The position numbers and the translations under genes are program-made. From NCBI GenBank assembly GCA_965204745.1, contig OZ242010.1, forward strand, positions 3,264,001 through 3,328,000: a stretch of DNA of 64,000 bases. The letters run 5' to 3'. Source of the DNA: Candidatus Latescibacterota bacterium. GTDB taxonomy: Bacteria; Latescibacterota; UBA2968. The first letter of the stretch is position 1, and each line of letters begins with the position of its first letter. Positions 32,782 through 42,437 of the stretch are shown piece after piece. Under the pieces are notes generated by a model. That model made no database searches and was not told the origin of the DNA. It was given only the letters and a program-made list of their open reading frames with translations.

Positions 32782-32974
32782 GAGAATCTCCTTTGCTAAA
32801 GCCTGCGACTGAATAACACCCCTGCAACACAGGCCATGAATGCCTGTATCAGGGTACAAAATTCCTAAATGGTCGACCGCTTGGGGGACGGGGATTGGGA
32901 CTGACTACTGACTACTGACTACTGACTACTGACTACTGACTACTGACTACTGACTACTGACTACTGACTACTGA

Positions 32975-34122
32975 TACCAAATTGAATTTATCTTGTCCTA
33001 TTATTATCTTTTATTTTTTGTTGTTCTACCCTATTGTGCGGAGGTGTCCATGTGGATTGACTATCCCAATCAGATTACAGAAAGCCCGGAAGCCTTGCTC
33101 CGGGAAGAAAAACGCCTGAAAGCCACCCCAATGGCTGATCGCGTGCGTTTCTTGCGCTTGCTCAAAAGCGCGACCTATCCCACGCAAACCCAAGTCGCTG
33201 ATCTGTTGGGATACGATGTGCGCACATTGCGGCGTTGGTGGCGTTGCTACCGCACGGAGGGCCTGCCCGGTCTTCTGGCGCAGGCCAAAAAACGCGGGGC
33301 CAAAGAGCGGATCACGGCTTCAGCACGCACGGCGTTGCTGGCGGCGATGAAGCAGGGAGAGATCGCCACCATGGAAGAGGCCCGGCAACTGCTTCAGACG
33401 CAGTTTGGTGTGGTCTATCGCAGTGTGAGTAGCCTGTCCAAGTGGTGCCAACGCCATGGGATCAAACGCAAGACAGGACGGCCTGTGCATGTGAAAACGG
33501 ATGGGGATCGCCAAGAGACTCTTAAAAAAACTTCGCCACGCTCATAACTCATGCCAAAACCGGGCATTCGCCACGCCGCCGGCGTGTCTTTGCCTTTGAT
33601 GAAGCCCGTTTTGGCTTGAAAACATGGCATCGGCGGCGCGGGTGTCCAAGCGGGCATCGTCCGCCTTGGCCAGTGCAGATGCGCTATGACTGGCTCTGGC
33701 GCTATGCTGCGGTTGAACCGGCGACGGGGCACTGCGTCTGTTTGTCTCTGCCCGCGTTGAACCAGGAGTCTTTTCAATGCTTTATTGATCATCTTCAACG
33801 TCTGTATCCCGAAGATTTGGTGATCCTCGTCCAAGACAATGCCCGGGCCCATTGTCGCGCAAAGGTGCGTTGGTCAAAGCAGATGGCCCCCTTTTATCTG
33901 CCGCCTTATTCGCCTCAACTGAATCCTGTGGAACGTTGGTTTGAGGGCTTGCGCGGGGCCTTATCTAACCGAGTCTTTGAGACGAGGGCGGCGTTAGAGA
34001 CCGCGTTGAGCGATGTGTTGCAAGCCTTTCGCAATGCCCCAGACCGGTTGGCGCGTTTGACCGGCTTTGGCTGGTGGTTACAAGCACTCGAAACATGAGG
34101 ACAGATTAATTTCAATTTGGTA
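32975..34122 (+). mobile_element. IS630-family element, 1148 bp
   Basis: TIRs TACCAAATTGAA / TTCAATTTGGTA; flanked by TGA on both sides. Confidence 0.9.
33050..34098 (+). CDS. IS630 transposase, orfA/orfB joined by a programmed -1 frameshift
   Basis: HTH orfA; A7C slippery site at 33524-33531; orfB has FDEARFG, QDNA, LPPYSPQLNPVE. Confidence 0.88.
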
Positions 34123-34274
34123 TGACTACTGACTACTGACTACTGACTACTGACTACTGACTACTGACTACTGACTACTGACTACTGACTACTGACTACT
34201 GACTACTGACTACTTGAGCAATGGCGGGGTTGCCTCACCTCTCCCGTCTCCCCTCTTGTATCTTGGAAGTAAGG

Positions 34275-34450
34275 GTTAATTAGGAGTTGCGCCCTCGTAT
34301 CGAGATAAGCCATCTTGATGCCCGGCTCGGGGAAGGCCGGCCCCTCTTGAAGGCGATGACCTTGTAGGTAAGATAGGCCCCCCGACCACCGGGTCTATGC
34401 CGAAGAGTATCTAAGCCCCTTGAGGCTGCATATACAAGACCGGTAGACTT
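34275..34450 (+). ncRNA. Predicted IS110 bridge RNA
   Basis: Two stem-internal-loop modules. Guides CCCCTCT (34341-47) and AGGTAAG (34366-72) match the target; AGAGTATCT (34404-12) and ATACAAG (34432-38) match the donor junction. RNA ends are approximate. Confidence 0.75.
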
Positions 34451-34522
34451 GGCGTCAATGGTCGGGACGCGACCCCGAGCGCACACCAGACCCTTACAAC
34501 CCCCTCATCACAGGAGGCCCCC

Positions 34523-35530
34523 ATGTCGAAATCTCAACCCGCTTTTGCCGGCATTGATGTCAGTGCCCGCACGTTGTCCGTTGCCCTGTCCAGACCCGGA
34601 CAAGCTGTCATGCAAGCGACCTTTGCCAATGATCCCCAAGCCCATAAGCGGTTGCTGCAGTGGCTCACGAAGGGCGGGCACATGGTCTCTGTGTGCCTCG
34701 AAGCGACCGGGCTTTACAGTTTGGGGGTGGCCTTGGCCTTGCATCGGCATCGCCACACAAAGGTCATGGTCGTCAATCCCAAAGCGATGAGCAAGTACGC
34801 CCAAGCCTGCATGCAACGGGCGAAGACGGATGCGAAGGATGCGTTGTTGATCCTCGACTATGCCGAGCGCATGCCTTTTGTGCCTTGGCAAGCGCCGAGC
34901 GAGCAACGGCTTCAACTGCAAGCCCTCACCAGACGCATTGACCAACTCAAGCAGGAGATCATCCGCGAACAGAGCCGCAACCACGCGCAGAGCTACCACA
35001 TCCGCAGCACACGGCGCATCGCACGCGATATTCAGGTGAATATTCGACACTTCAAACGCCGCATTGCCTACTTGGAAAGCCAAGCCCTCGATCTCGTTTT
35101 GCACGATGAGCCCCTCAAGCGTGCCTACCAACGCCTCTGCTCGACGCCTGGCATCGCGCAAACGAGTGCCTTGCGGCTCTTGGCCGAGTTGACCCTTTTG
35201 CCAGAGGAGATGCAACCGCCCCAGTGGGTCGCACATGCAGGCCTGGATCCCAAACCCAAACAATCCGGAACCGCCAATCCACAAAGACGCATCTCGAAAA
35301 CCGGGAATAAGTACCTCCGCCATGCCCTCTATATGCCTGCCTGGGTGGCCAGCAGACACGAAGTCCATGTCAAAGCCTTCTATGACCAACTCATCGCCCG
35401 CGGCAAGAAACCTTTGCAGGCTATCGTTGCGGTGATGCGAAAGTTGCTCCATTCGATCTGGGGCATGTTGCGCCATGACCAAGATTTTGAGGGCGAAAAA
35501 TTCTATCGAATCACCCCGAAAACCCCTTGA
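34523..35530 (+). CDS. IS110 DEDD recombinase/transposase
   Basis: GIDVS, CLEATG, KTDAKDA, PGIA, AGLDP..QSG, GNKYLRHALY, AVMRKL. Confidence 0.95.
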   Translation: MSKSQPAFAGIDVSARTLSVALSRPGQAVMQATFANDPQAHKRLLQWLTKGGHMVSVCLEATGLYSLGVALALHRHRHTKVMVVNPKAMSKYAQACMQRAKTDAKDALLILDYAERMPFVPWQAPSEQRLQLQALTRRIDQLKQEIIREQSRNHAQSYHIRSTRRIARDIQVNIRHFKRRIAYLESQALDLVLHDEPLKRAYQRLCSTPGIAQTSALRLLAELTLLPEEMQPPQWVAHAGLDPKPKQSGTANPQRRISKTGNKYLRHALYMPAWVASRHEVHVKAFYDQLIARGKKPLQAIVAVMRKLLHSIWGMLRHDQDFEGEKFYRITPKTP

Positions 35531-35587
35531 CCTTTTAAGAGAGTATCTTACCTCTCACCGAAGGGGGTTGGGCGGGGTGGAAACTGC

Positions 35588-36613
35588 CTACTGACTCTCA
35601 AGCCATCGCAACTGATCCATTTCCGGAAACGGAACAATGCGATTTTCGAGCGGGCCAATACCTTCAAACGCCATGCACACGCGGTCGCCCTCGCGCAAAC
35701 CGGTCTCGAGATCGCGGTCGGAAAATACGATGGGCGTGCCCCAATAGAGAACTTGCAGGGTATCGGGTTTGAGGGGCAAGCGGGAAAAGAGCGAGCGTTC
35801 GAGGTGGAAGAGGCCGTCGGGCATGTTGAGGTGATCGCGCCCGGTGCGCCCTTCTTTGTGGGCGATGCACACCCCATTGCGAATCACCTTGCAAGAGACG
35901 GCCACACTGCGGTTGTCATAAGCCGAATCCGCGACCATCAACGGGCCTAAACTCGCGCAGCCATAAGACCAGTTTTTCGCCTGCGGCAAGTTGAGTGGGT
36001 TCTCGGCTTCGATGCCATTGTCCGTATAATCATTGCCCCCCGTGTACCCCAATCGCTCAATTTGACCTGTGGCGTTGAGCCCGTAAATGGTGACGAGTTC
36101 GGTTTCGGGCACCAGGCGGCGGGTGGTGTTCGGATATGAGATGCCGCCGCCGTGACCGACCAGAGCCGCGCTGTCGTTTTTGGCAAAGAGTTCGGGCATG
36201 CCGCCTTGCGCGCATTCTCGGTATTTTTGGTCGTACACATTGACGGTCTCGCCCGTGGCCTGCCTGGCCTCAATTTCGCGCAATTTCGCGCTGTCTTCAT
36301 GCGTGACGCCAGCCAGCCAAATCCGCAAGTTGTGCGGCGCGTCCCTCGGCGCCGTGACCGGGCTTATCAAGTGCGGTTGGTCAAAATCGCCCGCATTGTC
36401 CAACAAGTCGTCGAGCAGAAGGCGCGGCGCATCGCGGATATTGATCGCCTGCACGACAGACGCGATGCCATGTTCGCTCCCGCCGTGTCGATAATACAGG
36501 TCGTAAAGCGACGCCGGATGCGGAGCACGAGCCGTCAAGTCCAAAACATCGCGGCCCTCGACAAGCCCCAAGCGCGCACCGGTTCCGGGTTGTGCAAATT
36601 GCAAGAGTTTCAT
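35588..36613 (-). CDS. Fumarylacetoacetate hydrolase-family protein (keto-deoxy sugar acid dehydratase-like)
   Basis: WLAGVT, PELFAK, VPETEL, GYTGGND, IEAENPLNLPQAK. Confidence 0.8.
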   Translation of the reverse strand: MKLLQFAQPGTGARLGLVEGRDVLDLTARAPHPASLYDLYYRHGGSEHGIASVVQAINIRDAPRLLLDDLLDNAGDFDQPHLISPVTAPRDAPHNLRIWLAGVTHEDSAKLREIEARQATGETVNVYDQKYRECAQGGMPELFAKNDSAALVGHGGGISYPNTTRRLVPETELVTIYGLNATGQIERLGYTGGNDYTDNGIEAENPLNLPQAKNWSYGCASLGPLMVADSAYDNRSVAVSCKVIRNGVCIAHKEGRTGRDHLNMPDGLFHLERSLFSRLPLKPDTLQVLYWGTPIVFSDRDLETGLREGDRVCMAFEGIGPLENRIVPFPEMDQLRWLESQ

Positions 36614-36832
36614 AACTTGCCTCAGGAATAGGGGAATCAGTCGGAAAGACAAGAATAGGCACAATCGCCATCCGTGTAAAGCAGATTTTCGGGACGCGCT
36701 CTGCTCATCGCTGGCGAGCACGGGGGCATCGCCCCTACACACTGTTCGCCTTTGAACTAAACGCCCCTCTCCCCTATCCATTGCGGAGAGGGGATCATCG
36801 TTTTAAGACAACCTCGTAGGGAAATTGCGGTC

Positions 36833-38950
36833 ATGAAAAAAAGAAAACGCAGATCGACGGGCAAGACAGGTACGCCGGCTCGCCGCGAACCGCTTATGCT
36901 ACTTCCCGATCTACACGCGCTTCGCCTCAACCGCGACCTCGTCGGCATCGCGTTGCTCTTTGCCGGCGTGCTCGTCCTATACGCCGCCTCCACGCCGCGC
37001 ACCGTGATGTTAGAGGACGACGGCTTGTTCATCACCATCGCGACATTTGCCAGCGTTGGCCACCCGCCCGGCTATCCCCTGTACATCCTGCTCGGCCATC
37101 TCGCCTCGCTGTTGCCACTCGGCAGCGTCGCTTGGCGAGTGCATACCCTGAGCGGGCTGATGGGCGCGCTCACCTGCGCCTGCATCGCCTACCTCGTGTT
37201 GCGCCGCACCGGCAACCGGCCCGCCGCGTATTTGGCCGGCGCAGCACTCGCGGTCTCCGAGCATTTTTGGTCGCAGGCGATCATCGCCGATGTGTACACA
37301 ACCAACACCGCGGTGGTGTTCCTGACGCTGGCCCTCGTGCAAGAAGCGGCGGCGAATCGGAGTACGCGGCTGTGGATCGGCGCCGCGATAGTGTACGGCT
37401 TGGGCCTGGCTAATCACTATCCGCTACTGATCTTGTCTAGCCCCCTCTTTCTCGCCTACGCCATTGGGGCGGAAAGTCACCAAATCATCACCTCCAAGCA
37501 TCAGAATATCTACTTTCTCGCCAGGGATTTTTCTCGCCGCGTTCCCTACCTGCTTCCCATCGCGCTGCTCCCTGCGGCTGTCCTCTACGGCTGGATGGTG
37601 TGGCGTTCTCTCCAGCCATTGCCGGTCAATTTCTTAGGGCCCATTCAGTCGTGGGGCGCGTTCCTCACCTTCATCGACCGCAGCATCTACGGACATATCG
37701 ACCAGAACGTCAACGCCGACCTTTCCGACAAGTTGTTGTACGCCAAATATTTTGCGACGCAAGCACTGTTGCAATTTGGCATCGCGGGCGGCCTTGTCGC
37801 GCTGTGGGGCGCGTTCTCGCAGTATCGGACCGGCTGGCGTATCGGGCTTTTGTGCGAGACGCTCGCATTTGCCGCCAGCAGTTTCCTGCTCATCGCCATG
37901 CTCGGCTTCAACTACGAACCCCTCAGAATCTACACCTTCCGGCCGTATCCGCTGGTCGCGTACTGCATTTTCGCGCTCTGGATGGGCTATGGCATGCACG
38001 CATTGATGCGAGGCGTGCGCGATTGGCGCAAGCCGATGCTTCCGGCCATCTATGCCGCGTGCGCGCTCGGGGTGGCGGCCCTCGGCGTCTATAACGGAAA
38101 ACGCAACTATCGACCGCACGACCGGTTCGCAGCGGAGCAGGCGCAGGCAATGCTCGACATCGCCGAGAAGGATACCGCCTTTGTGCTTTACGCGGACCCG
38201 TATGTCGGCCCGATATCCTATCTTCACTATGTGGAAGGACAGCGTCCAAACCTCCGCCTGCTGGAGTATCACGGCTTGGTCTTCAGCGATAGGATCGTAC
38301 ATCCGTTGACGACGACCAACCAAAAGACCGCCGCGTGGGCCGAATTTCTTCGGAATGCGGATCAACCCGTGTATTCCCTGTGGTTCGGCCCGGCCTTTTC
38401 GGCGGCGGGCCTCGCGCATCTCGGCTTCTTTGTCGAAGTCAATAAGACCGTCGGATCGGGGCGAATCCAGATCAAGGGCAACGACAAGGCCAAAGAGTAC
38501 TTCGAGAAACTGATCGCGATGCCGGTGCCGAAGGACTGGCCGAACGCGGTCCATCGCAATGAAATGCTGAGAGGCTACGGAGAATATCTGGGTCTCGCAC
38601 AAGTGGATGAGCGGTCCGCGATGATCGATTACATCGCCGACATCCTGCCCTTGGCAAAAAGCAATTACTGGTCGCTGATGGGCATGGCCAAGGCGCTCGC
38701 GAGTCAAGGAGGCGACAGGCCCTTAGATCTGGCGGAAACCTACCTACAAAAAGCCGTGCAACTCGCGGGGGATGACCGCAACAAGGAGACCCGAGCAAAG
38801 GAATACTTCGTGGCCGGACAGATCGCACGGCGAAAGGGGAACGACAGCAGGGCGATAGCCTTGTTCCGCGAATCCTTGCGAATCGACAAGGCGCCATCCA
38901 ACCCATCCCATCAGGCACTCAAAGCGATGGGATTTCCCGGGCAGAAGTGA
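36833..38950 (+). CDS. DUF2723/TMEM260-like GT-C glycosyltransferase with TPR-like C-terminus
   Basis: EDDG.F, HPPGYPLY, WSQAIIADVY, GLANH motifs; many TM segments. Confidence 0.82.
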   Translation: MKKRKRRSTGKTGTPARREPLMLLPDLHALRLNRDLVGIALLFAGVLVLYAASTPRTVMLEDDGLFITIATFASVGHPPGYPLYILLGHLASLLPLGSVAWRVHTLSGLMGALTCACIAYLVLRRTGNRPAAYLAGAALAVSEHFWSQAIIADVYTTNTAVVFLTLALVQEAAANRSTRLWIGAAIVYGLGLANHYPLLILSSPLFLAYAIGAESHQIITSKHQNIYFLARDFSRRVPYLLPIALLPAAVLYGWMVWRSLQPLPVNFLGPIQSWGAFLTFIDRSIYGHIDQNVNADLSDKLLYAKYFATQALLQFGIAGGLVALWGAFSQYRTGWRIGLLCETLAFAASSFLLIAMLGFNYEPLRIYTFRPYPLVAYCIFALWMGYGMHALMRGVRDWRKPMLPAIYAACALGVAALGVYNGKRNYRPHDRFAAEQAQAMLDIAEKDTAFVLYADPYVGPISYLHYVEGQRPNLRLLEYHGLVFSDRIVHPLTTTNQKTAAWAEFLRNADQPVYSLWFGPAFSAAGLAHLGFFVEVNKTVGSGRIQIKGNDKAKEYFEKLIAMPVPKDWPNAVHRNEMLRGYGEYLGLAQVDERSAMIDYIADILPLAKSNYWSLMGMAKALASQGGDRPLDLAETYLQKAVQLAGDDRNKETRAKEYFVAGQIARRKGNDSRAIALFRESLRIDKAPSNPSHQALKAMGFPGQK

Positions 38951-38972
38951 AATCGGAAAATAAAAAAATAAC

Positions 38973-40793
38973 ATGGCAAAAAGAACGCCTACAAACAGGA
39001 CGCACCGCAACAGATCGCCCGCAAAGCAAAGTCGGCGGGCGCGACAGCGGGCGGCCAGGGGAAACGCGAAGACGCGACAGCATCAACCGCGCCGCGAATC
39101 GCGCAAACCGACGCGGTGGGACGCGCTGGGCATCCTCGCGCTCGGCCTGTTGGTGGTGGTCAGCTACTTCCCCGCGTTCTTTGCCGGCTTTGTCTGGGAC
39201 GACGAGATCATCACCGAGTCAGTCGTCCAAAATTGGTCCGGCTTGTGGCACATCTATTTCTCGCCCACGGAGATCGAGCGCGAGGGGCACTACTGGCCGC
39301 TGGTCTATACGACCTTCTGGTTAGAGCACAAGTTGTGGGGCTATGCCCCGGCCGGCTACCACATCGTCAATGTTTTACTGCACCTCGTCAACACCCTGCT
39401 CCTTTGGCGTCTGATCGAGCGGTTGACCGTGCCCGGCGCGTGGATCCTCGCCGCCGTATTCGCAGTTCATCCCCTGCATGTCGAGTCCGTCGCCTGGGTG
39501 ATCGAGCGCAAGGACGTGCTCTCGGGGCTATTCTATCTCACCGCCTTCTCGACTTATGTTCGCTTCGCGGCGGAGAATCGTTCGACGCGGAGGCGAAGAA
39601 CCTATCTCTCGGCACTCGCGCTGTTCGCACTGGGGTTGCTGTGCAAGTCCATCGTAGTTACCCTGCCCGCGGCACTGGTGATCTATCACTGGTGGCAAGA
39701 TGACCGCATAACCGGCGCGGACCTGCTCAGGTTGGCGCCATTTTTCGCGCTGGGGCTGATCGCCGTGGTGGCGGATACCCTATTCTACCAGTCCAGAGAA
39801 CCCCTTGCCCTCGGCTACGCCATGCTCGAGCGGGTGCTCATCGCAGCGCACGCCCTGTGGTTCTACGCGGGCAAGTTGCTATGGCCGGTGGACTTAGCGG
39901 TCATCTATCCCCATTGGGACGTGAGCGTCACAGACCCGCTGGCCTGGAGTTATGTCATAGCCGCTGTTGCAGTGGTCGCGGCACTTTACGGCTTTCGACA
40001 TCGGATCGGGCGAGGGCCGCTGGCCGGCGCGCTGTTCTTCGCGGTGACCCTGTCGCCCGTGCTCGGCTTTGTGGACTTCGGGTACATGCAATTCTCCTTT
40101 GTCGCGGACCGTTACCAATATCTGGCCGGTATCGGGTTGATGACCGTGCTCGTCGGTGCCGCGACTTCTGGCGTGGGACGCCTGCCGGAGGGCTGGCGAA
40201 AGGGCGCGACGGGCGTCGCTGTGGTCGCGCTGATCGCCATGGGGACCCTGACCTATCAGCAGGCGGGCATCTACCGGGACGAGGTGACTTTCTTTAGCCA
40301 TATCGTCTCGCACAATCCCACGGCTCGGGGGGCATACCAAAATCTCGGCCGCGCACTGCTCGCCGTACAACGCCCGGAAGAAGCACTGGACGCTTCTCGC
40401 ATCGCCGTGGAACAAGACCCAGACGATGTCAAGGCGCGTGTCAACGCAGGCGTCGCGCTCATACGCTTGGGCCGGTTCGACGAGGGAGAGGCATGGTTGC
40501 GCCACGCCTTGGAACTGGATTCGCAACAGATGGTTGCCTTTCAGAACCTGGCAGAGGCACTCAGGCGCCAGGGCAGATTCGAGGAATCGCTCGAATTTTA
40601 TCGCACCGCGATTCAGATGGATCCCGAAAACGCCTTGCCGTATGCCGGTATGGGCGACGCCCTCTTTCACCTGAAGCGATACGGAGAGGCCCTTCAGAAC
40701 TTCAACCGGGCACTCGCGCTGGCTCCGACCCTAAAAACAGTGCGAGAGATGCGCGCATCCACGCTGACGTTCCTGGGGCGAACTGGCGAATAG
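38973..40793 (+). CDS. TMTC-like GT-C glycosyltransferase with TPR repeats, copy 1
   Basis: FVWDD, YWPL, GYHIVNVLLH, FAVHPLHVESVAWVIERKDVL, ADRYQY; C-terminal TPRs. Confidence 0.85.
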   Translation: MAKRTPTNRTHRNRSPAKQSRRARQRAARGNAKTRQHQPRRESRKPTRWDALGILALGLLVVVSYFPAFFAGFVWDDEIITESVVQNWSGLWHIYFSPTEIEREGHYWPLVYTTFWLEHKLWGYAPAGYHIVNVLLHLVNTLLLWRLIERLTVPGAWILAAVFAVHPLHVESVAWVIERKDVLSGLFYLTAFSTYVRFAAENRSTRRRRTYLSALALFALGLLCKSIVVTLPAALVIYHWWQDDRITGADLLRLAPFFALGLIAVVADTLFYQSREPLALGYAMLERVLIAAHALWFYAGKLLWPVDLAVIYPHWDVSVTDPLAWSYVIAAVAVVAALYGFRHRIGRGPLAGALFFAVTLSPVLGFVDFGYMQFSFVADRYQYLAGIGLMTVLVGAATSGVGRLPEGWRKGATGVAVVALIAMGTLTYQQAGIYRDEVTFFSHIVSHNPTARGAYQNLGRALLAVQRPEEALDASRIAVEQDPDDVKARVNAGVALIRLGRFDEGEAWLRHALELDSQQMVAFQNLAEALRRQGRFEESLEFYRTAIQMDPENALPYAGMGDALFHLKRYGEALQNFNRALALAPTLKTVREMRASTLTFLGRTGE

Positions 40794-40829
40794 CGGATAA
40801 ACGAGGTAAGAGGGGAGAGGCAAGAGGTA

Positions 40830-42122
40830 AGATACTCTCTTAAAAGGTCAAGGGGTTTTCGGGGTGATTCGATAGAATTTTTCGCCCTCAAAATCTTGGT
40901 CATGGCGCAACATGCCCCAGATCGAATGGAGCAACTTTCGCATCACCGCAACGATAGCCTGCAAAGGTTTCTTGCCGCGGGCGATGAGTTGGTCATAGAA
41001 GGCTTTGACATGGCCTTCGTGTCTGATGGCCACCCAGGCAGGCATATAGAGGGCATGGCGGAGGTACTTATTCCCGGTTTTCGAGATGCGTCTTTGTGGA
41101 TTGGCGGTTCCGGATTGTTTGGGTTTGGGATCCAGGCCTGCATGTGCGACCCACTGGGGCGGTTGCATCTCCTCTGGCAAAAGGGTCAACTCGGCCAAGA
41201 GCCGCAAGGCACTCGTTTGCGCGATGCCAGGCGTCGAGCAGAGGCGTTGGTAGGCACGCTTGAGGGGCTCATCGTGCAAAACGAGATCGAGGGCTTGGCT
41301 TTCCAAGTATGCAATCCGGCGTTTGAAGTGTCGAATATTCACCTGAATATCGCGTGCGATGAGACGTGTGCTGCGGATGTGGTAGCTCTGCGCGTGGTTG
41401 CGGCTCTGTTCGCGGATGATCTCCTGCTTGAGTTGGTCAATGCGTCTGGTGAGGGCTTGCAGTTGAAGCCGTTGCTCGCTCGGCGCTTGCCAAGGCACAA
41501 AAGGCATGCGCTCGGCATAGTCGAGGATCAACAACGCATCCTTCGCATCCGTCTTCGCCCGTTGCATGCAGGCTTGGGCGTACTTGCTCATCGCTTTGGG
41601 ATTGACGACCATGACCTTTGTGTGGCGATGCCGATGCAAGGCCAAGGCCACCCCCAAACTGTAAAGCCCGGTCGCTTCGAGGCACACAGAGACCATGTGC
41701 CCGCCCTTCGTGAGCCACTTCAGCAACCGCTTATGCGCTTGGGGATCATTGGCAAAGGTCGCTTGCATGACAGCTTGTCCGGGTCTGGACAGGGCAACGG
41801 ACAACGTGCGGGCACTGACATCAATGCCGGCAAAAGCGGGGTGAGATTTCGACATGGGGGCCTCCTGTGATGAGGGGGTTGTAAGGGATCTGGTGCGCGC
41901 TCGGGGTCGCGTCCCGACCATTGACGCCAAGTCTACCGGTCTTGTATATGCAGCCTCAAGGGGCTTAGATACTCTTCGGCATAGACCCGGCGGTCGGGGG
42001 GCCTATCTTACCTACAAGGTCATCGCCTTCAAGAGGGGCCGGCCTTCCCCGAGCCGGGCATCAAGATGGCTTATCTCGATACGAGGGCGCAACTCCTAAT
42101 TAACCCTTACTTCCAAGATACA
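40830..42122 (-). mobile_element. IS110-family element, copy 2, inverted relative to copy 1
   Basis: Same ends, same flank CCCCTCT|...|TACCTCT, and identical guide segments at ~41941-42038. Confidence 0.9.
40848..41855 (-). CDS. IS110 DEDD recombinase/transposase
   Basis: 335 aa; five amino-acid differences from copy 1. Confidence 0.95.
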   Translation of the reverse strand: MSKSHPAFAGIDVSARTLSVALSRPGQAVMQATFANDPQAHKRLLKWLTKGGHMVSVCLEATGLYSLGVALALHRHRHTKVMVVNPKAMSKYAQACMQRAKTDAKDALLILDYAERMPFVPWQAPSEQRLQLQALTRRIDQLKQEIIREQSRNHAQSYHIRSTRLIARDIQVNIRHFKRRIAYLESQALDLVLHDEPLKRAYQRLCSTPGIAQTSALRLLAELTLLPEEMQPPQWVAHAGLDPKPKQSGTANPQRRISKTGNKYLRHALYMPAWVAIRHEGHVKAFYDQLIARGKKPLQAIVAVMRKLLHSIWGMLRHDQDFEGEKFYRITPKTP

Positions 42123-42342
42123 AGAGGGGAGAGGGCTTGCGAGGAGGACATGCACAGGGGCCTATCCCTACGGTTGATGGCGACGGGGTGTGCGAAGGAC
42201 ATAGCGGGAGAACGATGAAGCGGCTGTAGGGTTGTGGGGGTAATCCGCGCAATCTGTGTAATCCGTTTAATCCGCGATTCAGACACGGCGGGGACGAGAC
42301 GGGCACGCACGGGTGGTTGGGCAGAGCGGCTGGGAATATCCC

Positions 42343-42372
42343 TTGACATCATTATCAGGCAGGCTGTATATT
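42343..42372 (+). promoter_or_regulatory. Sigma70-type promoter of the giant surface protein
   Basis: TTGACA-N18-TATATT, followed by an AAGGAG RBS and ATG at 42438. Confidence 0.55.
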
Positions 42373-42437
42373 GCTTCTCGTCAAGCCATCCTCTATTCGT
42401 GAGCTGGACACCTACCCCCAACGCAAAGGAGAGAATC

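Larger units (their letters stand above)
32901..34213. repeat. (CTGACTA)n microsatellite of ~23 units, split by IS630
   Basis: About 10 units at 32901-32974 and about 13 at 34123-34213. Confidence 0.95.
34257..35548 (+). mobile_element. IS110-family element, copy 1 (~1292 bp)
   Basis: Near-identical to 40830-42122; no TIRs; CT core at both junctions. The left boundary could lie 7 bp further in. Confidence 0.9.

Noticed and set aside
34508-35482. 324-aa antisense ORF conserved in both IS110 copies
   Set aside because: Conservation simply follows the near-identity of the copies; no motif or RBS.
42234-42437. 68-aa N-terminal extension of the giant ORF
   Set aside because: It covers a 9-bp repeat tract and the promoter; the RBS and signal peptide point to ATG 42438.
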